From the NCBI GenBank assembly GCA_963777335.1, contig CAVZQD010000007.1, positions 118,670-182,669 of the forward strand: DNA of 64,000 bases, in the 5' to 3' direction. Every line of letters starts with the position of its first letter. The stretch's first letter is position 1. The stretch is from an uncultured Solirubrobacterales bacterium (lineage in GTDB: Bacteria; Actinomycetota; Thermoleophilia; Solirubrobacterales; Solirubrobacteraceae). Below are positions 39,944 through 50,407 of the stretch, in pieces. The translations under genes were made by a program, and so were the position numbers. Below the pieces are notes generated by a model. It searched no databases and was not told the origin of the DNA. It saw only the letters and a program-made list of their open reading frames with translations.

Positions 39944-41492
39944 CCATCGCCGCGCTCGACGCAGGGAGGCTGATCAGGTAGCGGCCGCGGCGGTCGGCTT
40001 TCAGGCGGACCGTGCGGAGGGTCCCTTTGAGCTCGCCGGTCCCGGTCTCGTTCCCGAACGTCTGACCGGCGAGGGTGACGTCATCGGTGGCGGCCGCGCT
40101 CGGGGCCCGAAGCCGTTCGAGCACGGCCTCGCGCGCCTTCGCGGGCGCGCGTACGAGCACGACATGACCGAACGTGAGGCTGTCGTTGATCAGCACGACG
40201 TGGACTTCGCGGTCGGGCGTGACCGTCGCCCGCGAGCGGACGTCCGTGCTGGCCGTCTCCTCGAGACCGAGCATGCGCGCGCCGGGCGGAGCCGCCTGCG
40301 CGAACATCAGCAGGCTGTAGTACTCGGGGCGCACCGTCGCGAGCCACCGCCCGCGAATGCGGCGGAACACGAACGGCTCGTACGCGGCCGCGGGAAGCGT
40401 GTGGATGTTGACGCCGTCGACGCCGGTCCGGACCATCGCGAACAGCGCGTCGAGCATCCACAGCGCCGACGCGAACGTATCGCTGACGCCCGGCTGGCCC
40501 GAGCAGGCGACCGAGTTGAGCTCGTCGATCCGGACGGTGGCGCCGTGGCGGTGCGCGAACGAGATCGCGCCGCCGATGCCCTGGAGCAGGTCGCGGGCCG
40601 CGTCAGAGCCGAGCAGGTTCGGGATCGACGGATAGCGCGCGTCGCCCGGTTGCGAGAAGCATGCGAGCAGCGGATAACGGTGGTAGGTGACGATCTTCAG
40701 ATGGGGCTCGGCTGTGAACAGCCGGGGCACCTGAGCCAGCCACGGCGCCATACCCGTGGCCGGGCCGGCCAGGGCGAAGCGGCGGATCCCTTCGGCGACC
40801 TGGGCCACGTCGTCGGCGTAGCTCGCGAAGTCGTACGTCGGCGGGCGCGCGTAGAACGGCACCCCGCCCTCCTCGTAGTACGGGAACACCTTGTACAGCT
40901 CGGGCTCGTTGCCGATCTCGAGCGCCTCGACGTAGCGGGCCCCGATACCCGTGCGATATGCGTAGGCCTCGGCGGCTGCCTCGGCCGCGCTGTCGACCTT
41001 CAGGTTCACGCCGAGAATCAGCCTCGCGCCGGTCGCGACGGCGAGCGCGCGCGTGGTGGCGAGCCAGCTCTTGGTGAGCGTGTAGATGACCCCGGGTGAC
41101 TGAGGCACGCCCGGGATTGGCCACCACGTCTGGTCGGTGCTGTCCCCGCCGATTCGGAGCACCGGCGTCTGCCCGGGCGCGACGTCGCGGATCAGCTGGA
41201 CGAGCACGGGATTGATCGCGCGCGGGTCGGATCCGGTGTAGTCCCGGACAGCCTGGAACTCGAACGAGAAACCGACGAAGCCGGACGCCATCGGCCGGCT
41301 GACCCTGGTGGCGCTCACCTTTACGGTCACGCGCGCCGGGTTCGGGTTCGCGGGAGGCGCCGGGCTCGGGGTCGCGGGAGGAGGCGGGGCGGGCGCCGTC
41401 GTGGCGGCGCTCGCGCCCACGGTAAATGTGAGCAGCGGCCCGAGAGCCCCGCCCGTGATTGCGACCAAAAGGGCTCTACGAAAGACGCGCAC
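39918..41492 (-). CDS. Secreted glycoside hydrolase family 79-like protein
   Basis: Signal peptide and Pro linker; LRIGG, IGNEP, DELNS, SDTFASALW, GVNIH. Confidence 0.8.
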   Translation of the reverse strand: MRVFRRALLVAITGGALGPLLTFTVGASAATTAPAPPPPATPSPAPPANPNPARVTVKVSATRVSRPMASGFVGFSFEFQAVRDYTGSDPRAINPVLVQLIRDVAPGQTPVLRIGGDSTDQTWWPIPGVPQSPGVIYTLTKSWLATTRALAVATGARLILGVNLKVDSAAEAAAEAYAYRTGIGARYVEALEIGNEPELYKVFPYYEEGGVPFYARPPTYDFASYADDVAQVAEGIRRFALAGPATGMAPWLAQVPRLFTAEPHLKIVTYHRYPLLACFSQPGDARYPSIPNLLGSDAARDLLQGIGGAISFAHRHGATVRIDELNSVACSGQPGVSDTFASALWMLDALFAMVRTGVDGVNIHTLPAAAYEPFVFRRIRGRWLATVRPEYYSLLMFAQAAPPGARMLGLEETASTDVRSRATVTPDREVHVVLINDSLTFGHVVLVRAPAKAREAVLERLRAPSAAATDDVTLAGQTFGNETGTGELKGTLRTVRLKADRRGRYLISLPASSAAMVTFVPAAG

Positions 41493-41562
41493 GCGGCGGG
41501 GAACTATGTCACCGTGGGCGGCGGGCCGAGGTTCGGGCCGCCGTTCGGCGCCCGGAGGAGCG

Positions 41563-42759
41563 CTAATCCCAGAGCGCGTACAGCGTGGGCGGCTTGCGGA
41601 ACACGAGCCCCTGGATCCGGGGCAGCCGGCCGGGGTCGAGCGCCAGGGTGGGCAGTCGACGCAGGAGGACATCGAGCGCGGCGCGGGCCTCGAGGCGAGC
41701 CAGATGAACGCCCAGACACACGTGCGGACCGTGGGCGAACGTGAGATGGCCGCGGGTGGCCGGGCGGTTGAAGCGCGTCGGGTGAAAGCGGTCGGGGTCC
41801 GAAAACACCATGGGATCACGGTTCGCGGCACTGATCGAGACGCGGACGAGCTCGCCCCGGCATATCTGCGCATCCCGGAGCTCGACATCGGCGGTGGCGT
41901 AGCGATCGACGACCGCCGCGGCCGGCTCGAGCCGGAGCGACTCCTCGAGCGCTCCCGCGAGCCGGCTTCGGTCGTGCTCGATCCACACGAGGATGTCGGG
42001 ATGCTCGAGCAGGTGGAGCAGCGCGTTGGCGATCATGCCCTCGGTGGTCTCGATCCCGCCGAACAGCAGCACGGCGGCGTTCGAGACGATCTGGTCGGTG
42101 GTGAGGTCCTCGTCCGACGCGGCGGCGCCGAGCAACGAGGCGTGGGGACCGGTGGCGATGACCGCCTCCAGGCGTTCGCGCAGCGAGTCGAACGCCTGGC
42201 CGCCGCGAACCGGAACGTCGTGACCCGCCGTCACCTCGGTGACCGCGGCGACGATCGCGTCATACCAGCCGAGCATCGTGCCGACCTCCTCCTGGTCAAG
42301 CCCGAGCGCGCGGGCCATGATCGACGCCGCCAGCGGTCCTGCGAACTGGCGCCGAAGCTCGGCTTGGCCGGTGTCGGCGAAGGCGTCGATGAGCCGTTCC
42401 GCCTCGGCTCTCGCCGCCTCGGCGAAGCGCTCGCGGACTGCGGTCGGCCGGAACGGCGCCGCGAACGGCGTCCGGTGGCGCGCGTGGGCGTCGCCATCGA
42501 GGCTCAGCATGCTGGGGCCGACGACCTGCGCCGTCGAGAAGCGAGGATCTTCCACGGTGAACGTCTCCGCGTCACGCATCACGTGGACTGCAAGGTCGTA
42601 GCGGGTCACGAGCCAACCGTCCAGGGCCGGCAGCCACGACACCGGTTCGCGCTCGCGCAGGGCGGCCAGGACCGGATGGGGGTCTTGATCGAGTTGCTCG
42701 AAGGTGACGTTGGCGCCGATCGGGAGGCTCTGCTCCGCGTCGGCGGATCCGAAGCTCAC
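41563..42759 (-). CDS. Cytochrome P450
   Basis: GGIETT, EESLR, ANRDP, FAHGPHVCLG; GTGA overlap with hutI stop. Confidence 0.93.
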   Translation of the reverse strand: MSFGSADAEQSLPIGANVTFEQLDQDPHPVLAALREREPVSWLPALDGWLVTRYDLAVHVMRDAETFTVEDPRFSTAQVVGPSMLSLDGDAHARHRTPFAAPFRPTAVRERFAEAARAEAERLIDAFADTGQAELRRQFAGPLAASIMARALGLDQEEVGTMLGWYDAIVAAVTEVTAGHDVPVRGGQAFDSLRERLEAVIATGPHASLLGAAASDEDLTTDQIVSNAAVLLFGGIETTEGMIANALLHLLEHPDILVWIEHDRSRLAGALEESLRLEPAAAVVDRYATADVELRDAQICRGELVRVSISAANRDPMVFSDPDRFHPTRFNRPATRGHLTFAHGPHVCLGVHLARLEARAALDVLLRRLPTLALDPGRLPRIQGLVFRKPPTLYALWD

Positions 42760-43991
42760 CCCTCCATGATCCGCCACGCCGCGTCTGGGCGCACGTAGGC
42801 GGGCTCGCCGCCAACGAACGTCGCCGCGACCGGGTTGCGGCCGAGGCGGTAGCCGATGTGCTCCGCCGGGCAGTCGAGCAGCACGAGGTCGGCGCGCTTG
42901 TCGAGCTCGATCGATCCGAGGTCGCTCTGCAGGTCGAGGACGTACGCCGCGTTGAGCGTCACCCCGAGGAGCGCCTCGCGGGTGCTCAGGCCGTAGCGCC
43001 GGACGCCGAGCCCGACGATCAGCGGCAGCGAGAAAATCGGCGAGGTGCCCGGGTTGCCGTCGGTGGCGAGCACCATGATCGCACCGGCGTTGATCAGATC
43101 GCGCGCCGGCGCGGTCGCCTCGGCGCCCATGAATTCCGCGCCGGGAAGGAGGACCGCGGCAGTTTCGGAGGCCGCGAGAGGCGCGATGTCGTCGGGGTCG
43201 ATCGTGGAAAGGTGGTCGACGGAGCGGGCGTTGTGGCGTATGGCAACCGGGACGCTGCGCATGGTCGTGAATTGCTCGACGTGGGCGCGGAGGAGGACGC
43301 CGTTCGCGCTCGCCAGCTCGCCCATGCGGTCGAGGTCGTCAAGACCGAACGCGATCGACTCGACGAAGATGTCGAGCGCGCTCACGTGCTCGAGCGCCTC
43401 GGGGAGCATCTTCTCGACCTCGTCCATCCAGGTGGTGGTCGTGTACCCGTCCGGCACCGCGTGCGCGAGCAGCCCCGTCCGCGTCGTGACCTGGGAGACG
43501 ATCTGGCTCAGTTCGGTCGCGAGTTGCAGCGCGCGCAGCTCGCCGGCGGTCGACAGCCCGTAGCCTGACTTGCACTCGAACGTGGTCGTGCCGGAGCGCA
43601 GCATCTCGCCGGCGAGCTCCTGGGCCTGCGCCAGCACGGTTTCGTCGGCGGTCTCGCGCAGCGCCCTTGCGGAGGACCTGATGCCCCCGCCGGCGCGCGC
43701 GATCTCCTCGTAGGGAACGCCCGTGACCTTCTGCTCGTACTCGCCGGCGCGCCAGCCCGCGAACGGCAGGTGGGTGTGGCAGTCGACGAGGCCCGGGAGG
43801 AGCGCGCAGTCGCTCGCGTCGACGTGGATGTTGGCATCGGTCGTGGGTTGCAATGACGCGATTCGGCCGTGCTCGACCGTGATGCCGCCGGGGTCGAGGG
43901 TCATTTCGTTCGCGCGGTCGCCGCGGAGGTAGGTGAGGCCCGGCTCCGGCGGTGCGAGCACCTGGAGGGCGTTGTCGAACGACGTCGTCAT
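42756..43991 (-). CDS. hutI: Imidazolonepropionase
   Basis: PGLVDCHTH, Y.EI...GGGI, KSGYGL, HVEQ, SVDHL, ATDGNPG. Confidence 0.9.
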   Translation of the reverse strand: MTTSFDNALQVLAPPEPGLTYLRGDRANEMTLDPGGITVEHGRIASLQPTTDANIHVDASDCALLPGLVDCHTHLPFAGWRAGEYEQKVTGVPYEEIARAGGGIRSSARALRETADETVLAQAQELAGEMLRSGTTTFECKSGYGLSTAGELRALQLATELSQIVSQVTTRTGLLAHAVPDGYTTTTWMDEVEKMLPEALEHVSALDIFVESIAFGLDDLDRMGELASANGVLLRAHVEQFTTMRSVPVAIRHNARSVDHLSTIDPDDIAPLAASETAAVLLPGAEFMGAEATAPARDLINAGAIMVLATDGNPGTSPIFSLPLIVGLGVRRYGLSTREALLGVTLNAAYVLDLQSDLGSIELDKRADLVLLDCPAEHIGYRLGRNPVAATFVGGEPAYVRPDAAWRIMEG

Positions 43992-44043
43992 GGGCGGAAG
44001 TCCGGCGTCGGCGACGCCGTACAGACGGGCGCGCGCCGGCGGC

Positions 44044-45687
44044 TCACTCCGACTCGAGCATCGGGATCCGCAGCCCGTGATCCCGGGCCGCCGACACCGC
44101 GAGGTCGTAGCCGGCGTCGACGTGGCGGACGATGCCCATGCCGGGATCGGCCTTCAGCGTCCGCTCGAGGCGCTGGGCCGCGAGCCCCGTGCCATCGGCG
44201 ACGCACACCTGGCCGGCGTGGATCGACTTGCCCATGCCGACCCCGCCGCCGTGATGAATCGAGACCCAGCTCGCCCCGCACGCGGTGTTGATCAGCGCGT
44301 TCAGGAGCGGCCAATCGGCGACCGCGTCGGAGCCGTCGGTCATCGCCTCGGTCTCGCGCTGGGGCGAGGCGACCGAGCCGGCGTCGAGGTGGTCGCGCCC
44401 GATCACGATCGGCGCCTTGACCTCGCCCGCGGCGACCATCTCGTTGAAGCGCAGGCCCGCGAGGTGGCGCTCGCCGTAGCCGAGCCAGCAGATCCGCGCC
44501 GGCAGGCCCTGGAAGTGGACGCGCTCGGAGGCGAGCTTGATCCACCGCGCGATGTGCTCCTGGTCGCCGAACAGGTCGAGGATCGCGCGGTCGGTCGCGT
44601 GGATGTCGGCCGGGTCGCCGGAGAGCGCCACCCAACGGAACGGACCCTTGCCCTCGCAGAAGAGCGGCCGCACGTACGCCGGCACGAACCCGGGATAGCT
44701 GAACGCGTCCTCGTCCCCGTTCTCGAACGCCAGTCCGCGCAATGCGTTGCCGTAGTCGAACGCCTCGGCCCCGGCGGCGCCCAGCGCGCGGATCGCGGCC
44801 ACGTGCGCGACGGCGCTGTCGCCGACGCGTCTGAGATAGTCGTCAGGATCGGTCTGGCGCAGCGCGTCGGCTTGTTCGAGGGTGAGGCCGGCGGGGATGT
44901 AGCCGTTCAGCGGGTCGTGGGCCGAGGTCTGGTCGGTGACCACGTCGACCTCGACGCCGCGGCGGACGAGCTCGGGGAGGACCTCGGCGGCGTTGCCGGC
45001 GAGACCGATCGACAGCGCGCGCCGCTCGCGCCGGGCCGCGTCGAGGCGCTGCAGCGCGTCGTCGAGGTCGGCGGCGCGCTCGTCGAGGTAGCCGGTCTGG
45101 ATCCGCCGTTCGATTCGCTGCAAGTCCACTTCGACGCAGAGCGCCGTCCCGCCGAGCATCGTGATCGACAGCGGCTGCGCGCCCCCCATTCCGCCCAGAC
45201 CGGCGGTGACCACGAGCCGCCCGGTCAGTGTCCCGTCGAAGCGCTTGCGCGCCGCGGCCGCGAACGTCTCGTACGTGCCCTGGAGGATCCCCTGCGAGCC
45301 GATGTAGATCCACGACCCGGCCGTCATCTGCCCGTACATCATCAGCCCGGCCGCGTCGAGCTCGCGGAACACGTCCCAGTTGGCCCAGTCGGGGACCAGG
45401 TTCGAGTTCGCGAGCAGCACGCGCGGCGCGGCCTCGTGGGTCTGGAACACCGCCACCGGCTTGCCGGACTGCACGAGCAGCGTCTCGTCGTCGCCGAGGC
45501 GCTGGAGCTCGCGCACGATCGCGTGGTAGGCCGGCCAGTTGCGGGCGGCCTTGCCGATCCCCCCGTACACGACGAGCTCCGACGGCTTCTCGGCGACGTC
45601 GGGATGAAGGTTGTTCTCGAGCATGCGCAGGGCAGCCTCCTGCTGCCAGCCCTTGCACCGCAAGCCGGTGGCGGGGGTGGCGCTCAT
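44044..45687 (-). CDS. hutU: Urocanate hydratase
   Basis: [53 protein letters not shown]. Confidence 0.95.
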   Translation of the reverse strand: MSATPATGLRCKGWQQEAALRMLENNLHPDVAEKPSELVVYGGIGKAARNWPAYHAIVRELQRLGDDETLLVQSGKPVAVFQTHEAAPRVLLANSNLVPDWANWDVFRELDAAGLMMYGQMTAGSWIYIGSQGILQGTYETFAAAARKRFDGTLTGRLVVTAGLGGMGGAQPLSITMLGGTALCVEVDLQRIERRIQTGYLDERAADLDDALQRLDAARRERRALSIGLAGNAAEVLPELVRRGVEVDVVTDQTSAHDPLNGYIPAGLTLEQADALRQTDPDDYLRRVGDSAVAHVAAIRALGAAGAEAFDYGNALRGLAFENGDEDAFSYPGFVPAYVRPLFCEGKGPFRWVALSGDPADIHATDRAILDLFGDQEHIARWIKLASERVHFQGLPARICWLGYGERHLAGLRFNEMVAAGEVKAPIVIGRDHLDAGSVASPQRETEAMTDGSDAVADWPLLNALINTACGASWVSIHHGGGVGMGKSIHAGQVCVADGTGLAAQRLERTLKADPGMGIVRHVDAGYDLAVSAARDHGLRIPMLESE

Positions 45688-46349
45688 GCCGCGGCCGCTC
45701 CCGGCGCTCCGAGGCTCCGCGACAGCTCGGCGGCGTGAGTCGCGACGGCGCGGCCATACGCTGCGACGCCCCGGCGGGATACCCGGTAGCTCGGCGCGAG
45801 CACGCTGAGCGCGCCGGCGATCCCGCCGTCGGCCCGGTGCACCGGTGCGGCGATCGACGTCACGTCGGGCTCGACTGCGCCCATGCGCGCAACATATCCG
45901 CTTCCGTCGACCGCGCCGCGTAAAGCGTCCCCGACCGCCGTGCCGCGTCGCGGCACGGTCCGCCCGGCCCAGCCCGAGCTCTGCACGAGCCTGGGGCTCG
46001 CGACCTGGCGCAGGTAGACGATCTGATCCTCGTCGGCGGCGATCGCCAGGTTCGCGGTCTCGCCGGTCTCGTGCGCAAGCGCCTCCAGATGGGGACCGGC
46101 GAGCTCGTACAGCGGATCCTCTCGCAGGGTGGCCGCCGCCAGCTGGCGCAGGCGCGTCCCGGCGTGGTAGCGACCGTGCTCGTCCCGGCGCACGAGCTCG
46201 CGGTGCGCGAGCGTCCCGAGCAGGCGCGACGCGGTGCTCGGCGACAGCTCGGCCGCCCGCGCGAGCTCGCTGAGCGTGCCGCCGCCCTCGGCGACGGCCG
46301 CCAGCAGCGTCAGCGCTCGTTCGGCGGCGCGGGTTCCTGATTCCGCCAT
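45684..46349 (-). CDS. IclR family regulator of the hut operon
   Basis: [39 protein letters not shown]; overlaps hutU start. Confidence 0.9.
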   Translation of the reverse strand: MAESGTRAAERALTLLAAVAEGGGTLSELARAAELSPSTASRLLGTLAHRELVRRDEHGRYHAGTRLRQLAAATLREDPLYELAGPHLEALAHETGETANLAIAADEDQIVYLRQVASPRLVQSSGWAGRTVPRRGTAVGDALRGAVDGSGYVARMGAVEPDVTSIAAPVHRADGGIAGALSVLAPSYRVSRRGVAAYGRAVATHAAELSRSLGAPGAAAA

Positions 46350-46387
46350 CCGAGAGGAACTTTACCGTAGAATGAAAGCCCTTGTCA

Positions 46388-47281
46388 CTAGACGGCAATC
46401 GGTGGCTCGTGGGTGCGGCGCGCCGCTCCCACCGAAGCGACCACCACCAGCGACATTCCCAGCAACGTCCGGGCGCTCAAGCTCTGCCCGAGCACGATGA
46501 AGCCGGCGAGCGCGGCCATCGCCGGCTCGATGCTCATGAGCACGCCGAACACCGACGGGCGGATCCGCCGGAGCGCCTCGACCTCGAACGAGTACGGGAT
46601 CGCCGAGGACAGCAGCCCGATCGCGGCCCCGAGCGCGAGCGAGCGCGGCTCGAGCAGGTTGGAGCCGCCCTGGGCGATTCCGAACGGGAGGATCACGACC
46701 GACGCGACGCACATCGCGAGGGCAAGCCCGGTCCCCCCCTCGAACGCGCGTCCCACCCGGGCGTTGACGATGATGTACGTGCCCCACAGGGCGCCGGCGA
46801 GCAACGCGAAAAAGACGCCGAGCGCGTTCAGATGGTGGGTGTCGCCCTGGGTCAGCGCGATGATCCCGGTCGCGGCGATCGCCACCCAGACCAGATCGAT
46901 CGGCCGCCGCGACCCCGCGACGGCGACGGTCAGGGGGCCGACGAACTCGAGCGTGACCGCGATCCCGAGCGGAATCCGGTGCAGCGCGCTGTAGAAGCTC
47001 AGGTTCATGCACCCGAGCACAAGGCCGAACACACAGGCCAGCGCCAGCTGGTAGCGGGTATACCCGTGCAGGCGGGGGCGCCACAGCGCCAGCAGGATGA
47101 TCGTCCCGAACACGAGCCGCAGGGCCACCGCACCAGCGGGTCCGATCTGCGCGAACAGCGTGGCGGCGATCGCCGAGCCGAACTGCACCGACGCGATCGC
47201 GCTGACCACCAGGGCGCCCGACGGCGCCCGGCCCAGCAGCCCCGTGCGGGGCGGCGTCGCCGCTGTCTCATTAACAGCCAC
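46388..47281 (-). CDS. EamA/RhtA-type exporter
   Basis: [45 protein letters not shown]. Confidence 0.88.
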   Translation of the reverse strand: MAVNETAATPPRTGLLGRAPSGALVVSAIASVQFGSAIAATLFAQIGPAGAVALRLVFGTIILLALWRPRLHGYTRYQLALACVFGLVLGCMNLSFYSALHRIPLGIAVTLEFVGPLTVAVAGSRRPIDLVWVAIAATGIIALTQGDTHHLNALGVFFALLAGALWGTYIIVNARVGRAFEGGTGLALAMCVASVVILPFGIAQGGSNLLEPRSLALGAAIGLLSSAIPYSFEVEALRRIRPSVFGVLMSIEPAMAALAGFIVLGQSLSARTLLGMSLVVVASVGAARRTHEPPIAV

Positions 47282-47289
47282 GGCGTCCG

Positions 47290-48756
47290 ATGCTAACCGC
47301 GCCGGCGATCGTCATCGATGGCGCGACGCTCACGCCGGCGGCCGTCGACGCCGTCGCCCGGCGGGGGCGGTCCGTCGAGCTAGACCCGGCGGCGCGCGAG
47401 CGCAACGCGGCCGCCCGCGACGCGATCGCGGCGCTGCTCGAACGGGGCGAGCCTCTGTACGGCGCCACCACCGGCGTCGGCGCGCTCCGCGACCGCGCGA
47501 TCGGCGGCGCCGACCGCGAGCGCTTCCAGTGGAACCTGTTGCGGAGCCACGCCGTCAGCGCGGGCCGGCCGCTCGCTCCTGAGCTCGTCCGCGCGGGCAT
47601 GCTTGTCCGCGCGAACCAGCTCGGCGCCGGGGGTGCCGGCACCGCGCCGGCGCTGCTCGATGGTCTCGTCGCCGCGCTCAACGACGGCGTTACCCCGCTC
47701 ACGCGAGAGCTCGGGTCGCTCGGCACCGGCGACCTCCCCGGGCTGGCGGAGATCGCGCTGGCGCTGCTCGGGCAGGGCCGGGTGTGGCGGGACGGCGAGC
47801 TCGTCGACGCTCCCGCGCCGAACGAGCCGATCGAGCTCGGCCTCCGCGATGCGCTCGGCTTCATGAGCTCGAACGCGATGACCGCGGGTCACGCCGCGCT
47901 GCTCAGCGTCGAGGCGCGGGCGCTTCACGAGCGCTGGCTCGAGGTCGCGGCGCTGTCGTTCGAGGCGCTCGACGCCGATCCGGTCGTGCTCGACGCGCGC
48001 GTCCAGGCGGGGCGTGGGGCGCGGGGCCAGGCGGTGGTGGCGGAGCGGATGCGCGAGCTGCTGGCGGGCGCGCCGTTCGATCCCCGGGCGCCCGACCGGC
48101 TCGTCCAGGACCCCTACCCGTTCCGCGTGCTGCCGCAGGTCGACGGGGTCGCCAACGACGCTTTGCGGACGCTCGACAACGTGCTCGCTCGCGAGCTCAA
48201 CGCGCGCTCCGAGAACGCCCTGATCGACGAGGGTCGGGCGCTTCCGACCGGCAACTTCCACGCGGCCGAGCTCGGGGCCGCGCTCGACGGCCTGCGTGCG
48301 GCGTTCGCCCACTCGGCGTCGCTGATCGCCGGCCGGGTCAGCGCGATCCTCGACCCGCGGATGAGCGGGCTGAACCCGTTCCTGGCCCACGACCCCGGGC
48401 CGGACTCGGGCCACATGATGCTCGAGTACACCGCCCACGCCGCGGCCGCCGAGGCGCGCTCGCTGGCGGCGCCGATGGCGACCCAGATCGTGTGGGTCTC
48501 GCTGGGGGTGGAATCGCACGCGAGCCTCGCCGCGACCGCGGCCAACCGCACCGCCGAGCTGCTGCACGCGCTGCGCGTGCTGGTCGCGACCGAGATGGTC
48601 GTCGCTTTGCGAGCCCTGCGCGTCGGAGGCCGGGCGCCCGCCGGCGCGGGCGTGCGGAGTCTGTTCGATGCGGTCTCGGCGGCGCTGCCGGCAGTCCTCG
48701 AGGACCGGGCCTTCGGCCAGGACGTCGAGGTGGCGCTGAACGTGCTCGAAATTTGA
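47290..48756 (+). CDS. Histidine ammonia-lyase-fold enzyme with non-canonical MIO loop
   Basis: YGATTGVG, NLLRSH, GSLGTGDL, QDPY.FR, GNFH. Confidence 0.85.
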   Translation: MLTAPAIVIDGATLTPAAVDAVARRGRSVELDPAARERNAAARDAIAALLERGEPLYGATTGVGALRDRAIGGADRERFQWNLLRSHAVSAGRPLAPELVRAGMLVRANQLGAGGAGTAPALLDGLVAALNDGVTPLTRELGSLGTGDLPGLAEIALALLGQGRVWRDGELVDAPAPNEPIELGLRDALGFMSSNAMTAGHAALLSVEARALHERWLEVAALSFEALDADPVVLDARVQAGRGARGQAVVAERMRELLAGAPFDPRAPDRLVQDPYPFRVLPQVDGVANDALRTLDNVLARELNARSENALIDEGRALPTGNFHAAELGAALDGLRAAFAHSASLIAGRVSAILDPRMSGLNPFLAHDPGPDSGHMMLEYTAHAAAAEARSLAAPMATQIVWVSLGVESHASLAATAANRTAELLHALRVLVATEMVVALRALRVGGRAPAGAGVRSLFDAVSAALPAVLEDRAFGQDVEVALNVLEI

Positions 48757-48797
48757 ACGGCGCGAAAGCTCGTCGCCCCACTCACCGTTTCGTGTAC

Positions 48798-50405
48798 GTG
48801 GCTGCGAACGTGGGCGCCGTCGTTCCCTGCATCTCGTCCAGGCGAGGGTCGCATTCTCGCGCCCTGATCGGACTGGCGGTCGCGGCGCTCTCGGTCGCGC
48901 TTGTCTGGCTGTTCGTCCTTGGCCCGAGCGCGGCTCCCGCGCGTGCGCCGGCCGCCGGCGCCCCGCGGCGAACCGAGGTGATCATCCAGCTCCGGCCGGG
49001 CGTGGACCTGGCTCAGGGCCGAGCGCTGGTGCGCTCGCTGGGCGGGCAGCCAGGCGTGAACCTTCCGATCATCGACGGCCTGTCCGCCCGCCTGTCGGTG
49101 GAAGCTGCCCGGCGGCTCGACGCGAGCCGGCTGGTCCGGGTGGTGTCGCCGAACGCGCCGATTCGTGACACCACGCTGTCCGACCCGACGCCGTGGACGC
49201 TGGCGACGTCATTCGACCGGACGACCCGCGCCTCGAAGCTCTGGGGTCACACCACCGGCGCCGGCGTGGGCGTCGCCGTGATCGACACCGGCATCGACGG
49301 CGATCTGCCGGACTTCCAGACCTCCCAGGGGAGCTCGACCTCGCGGGTCATCGCCTCGGCGGTGATCGACCCCAACGCGACTACTGCCGGCGACGGCTAC
49401 GGTCACGGAACCGCGGTGGCCGGGCTGGTGGCGGGCAATGGGTGGTACCGCGATTCGGGCGATCCGCTGTACGGCCGGTACGCCGGCACCGCGCCCGACG
49501 CCAACCTGATCTCGATCAAGGTCTCCGACGATTCCGGAAACGCGACCACACTCGACGCCATCTACGGGCTGCAGTTCGCCGTCGACCACCAGTCCGCTTA
49601 CAACATCCGCGTCGTCAACCTGTCGTTCCGGTCGATGTCGGCGGAGTCCTACAGGACCGATCCGCTCGACGCCGCCGTCGAGCAGGCCTGGTTGCACGGA
49701 ATCACGGTCGTGGCCGCTGCGGGAAACCTGGGATCGGCCTCGGACGCGGTCTCATACGCTCCCGCCAACGACCCTTACGTGATCACCGTCGGCGCGACCG
49801 ACAGCCAGGGGACCGCGTCACCTTCGGACGACGTCGAGGCGAGCTGGTCCAGCGACGGCGAGACGCAGGACGGGTTCTCGAAACCCGACGTGCTCGCCCC
49901 GGGGGCGCACATCGTGACGACCCTGGCGCCGGGAAGCTCGTTCGCGGGCGCTTGCCCGACCTGCGTGATCGGCGGCGCCTACTTCCAGCTCAGCGGCACG
50001 TCGCTGGCTGCCCCGATCGTCGCCGGTATCGCCGCTGACCTGGTGGCCGCGCACCCATGGTGGACTCCCGCGATGGTCAAGGGCGCGATCGTCAACACCG
50101 CCACGCCGCTTTCCGATGGGCAAGGCGAGGTGAACGCGATCGCGGCTTACTGGGCAGGCGGCTCTCAGCTCGCATCCGACCGAGGCCTGACGCCCAACGA
50201 CCTGATCGATCCCGACACGAACTCGATCGACTTCAACGCGGCGAGCTGGAGCGCCGCCAGTTGGAGCACGGCGGCCGATCCACTGGCGGCCAGCTGGAGC
50301 GCCGCGAGCTGGAGCTGCGTCGGCTGCTCGCCGGATGCCGGAAACGACATCAACCCGACGGCCGCGAGTTGGAGCGACGTCGGATGGGCGAGCAGCTGGG
50401 GCTAG
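48798..50405 (+). CDS. Secreted S8 subtilase with C-terminal AASWS repeats (start approximate)
   Basis: Signal/TM, prodomain, VIDTG, GHGT, AAAGN, SGTSLAAP. Confidence 0.9.
   Translation: MAANVGAVVPCISSRRGSHSRALIGLAVAALSVALVWLFVLGPSAAPARAPAAGAPRRTEVIIQLRPGVDLAQGRALVRSLGGQPGVNLPIIDGLSARLSVEAARRLDASRLVRVVSPNAPIRDTTLSDPTPWTLATSFDRTTRASKLWGHTTGAGVGVAVIDTGIDGDLPDFQTSQGSSTSRVIASAVIDPNATTAGDGYGHGTAVAGLVAGNGWYRDSGDPLYGRYAGTAPDANLISIKVSDDSGNATTLDAIYGLQFAVDHQSAYNIRVVNLSFRSMSAESYRTDPLDAAVEQAWLHGITVVAAAGNLGSASDAVSYAPANDPYVITVGATDSQGTASPSDDVEASWSSDGETQDGFSKPDVLAPGAHIVTTLAPGSSFAGACPTCVIGGAYFQLSGTSLAAPIVAGIAADLVAAHPWWTPAMVKGAIVNTATPLSDGQGEVNAIAAYWAGGSQLASDRGLTPNDLIDPDTNSIDFNAASWSAASWSTAADPLAASWSAASWSCVGCSPDAGNDINPTAASWSDVGWASSWG
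50238..50402 (+). repeat. AASWS pentapeptide x5 plus VGW and SSW
   Basis: Units at 50238, 50253, 50286, 50301 and 50361 with synonymous codon differences. Confidence 0.9.
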
Positions 50406-50407
50406 GC

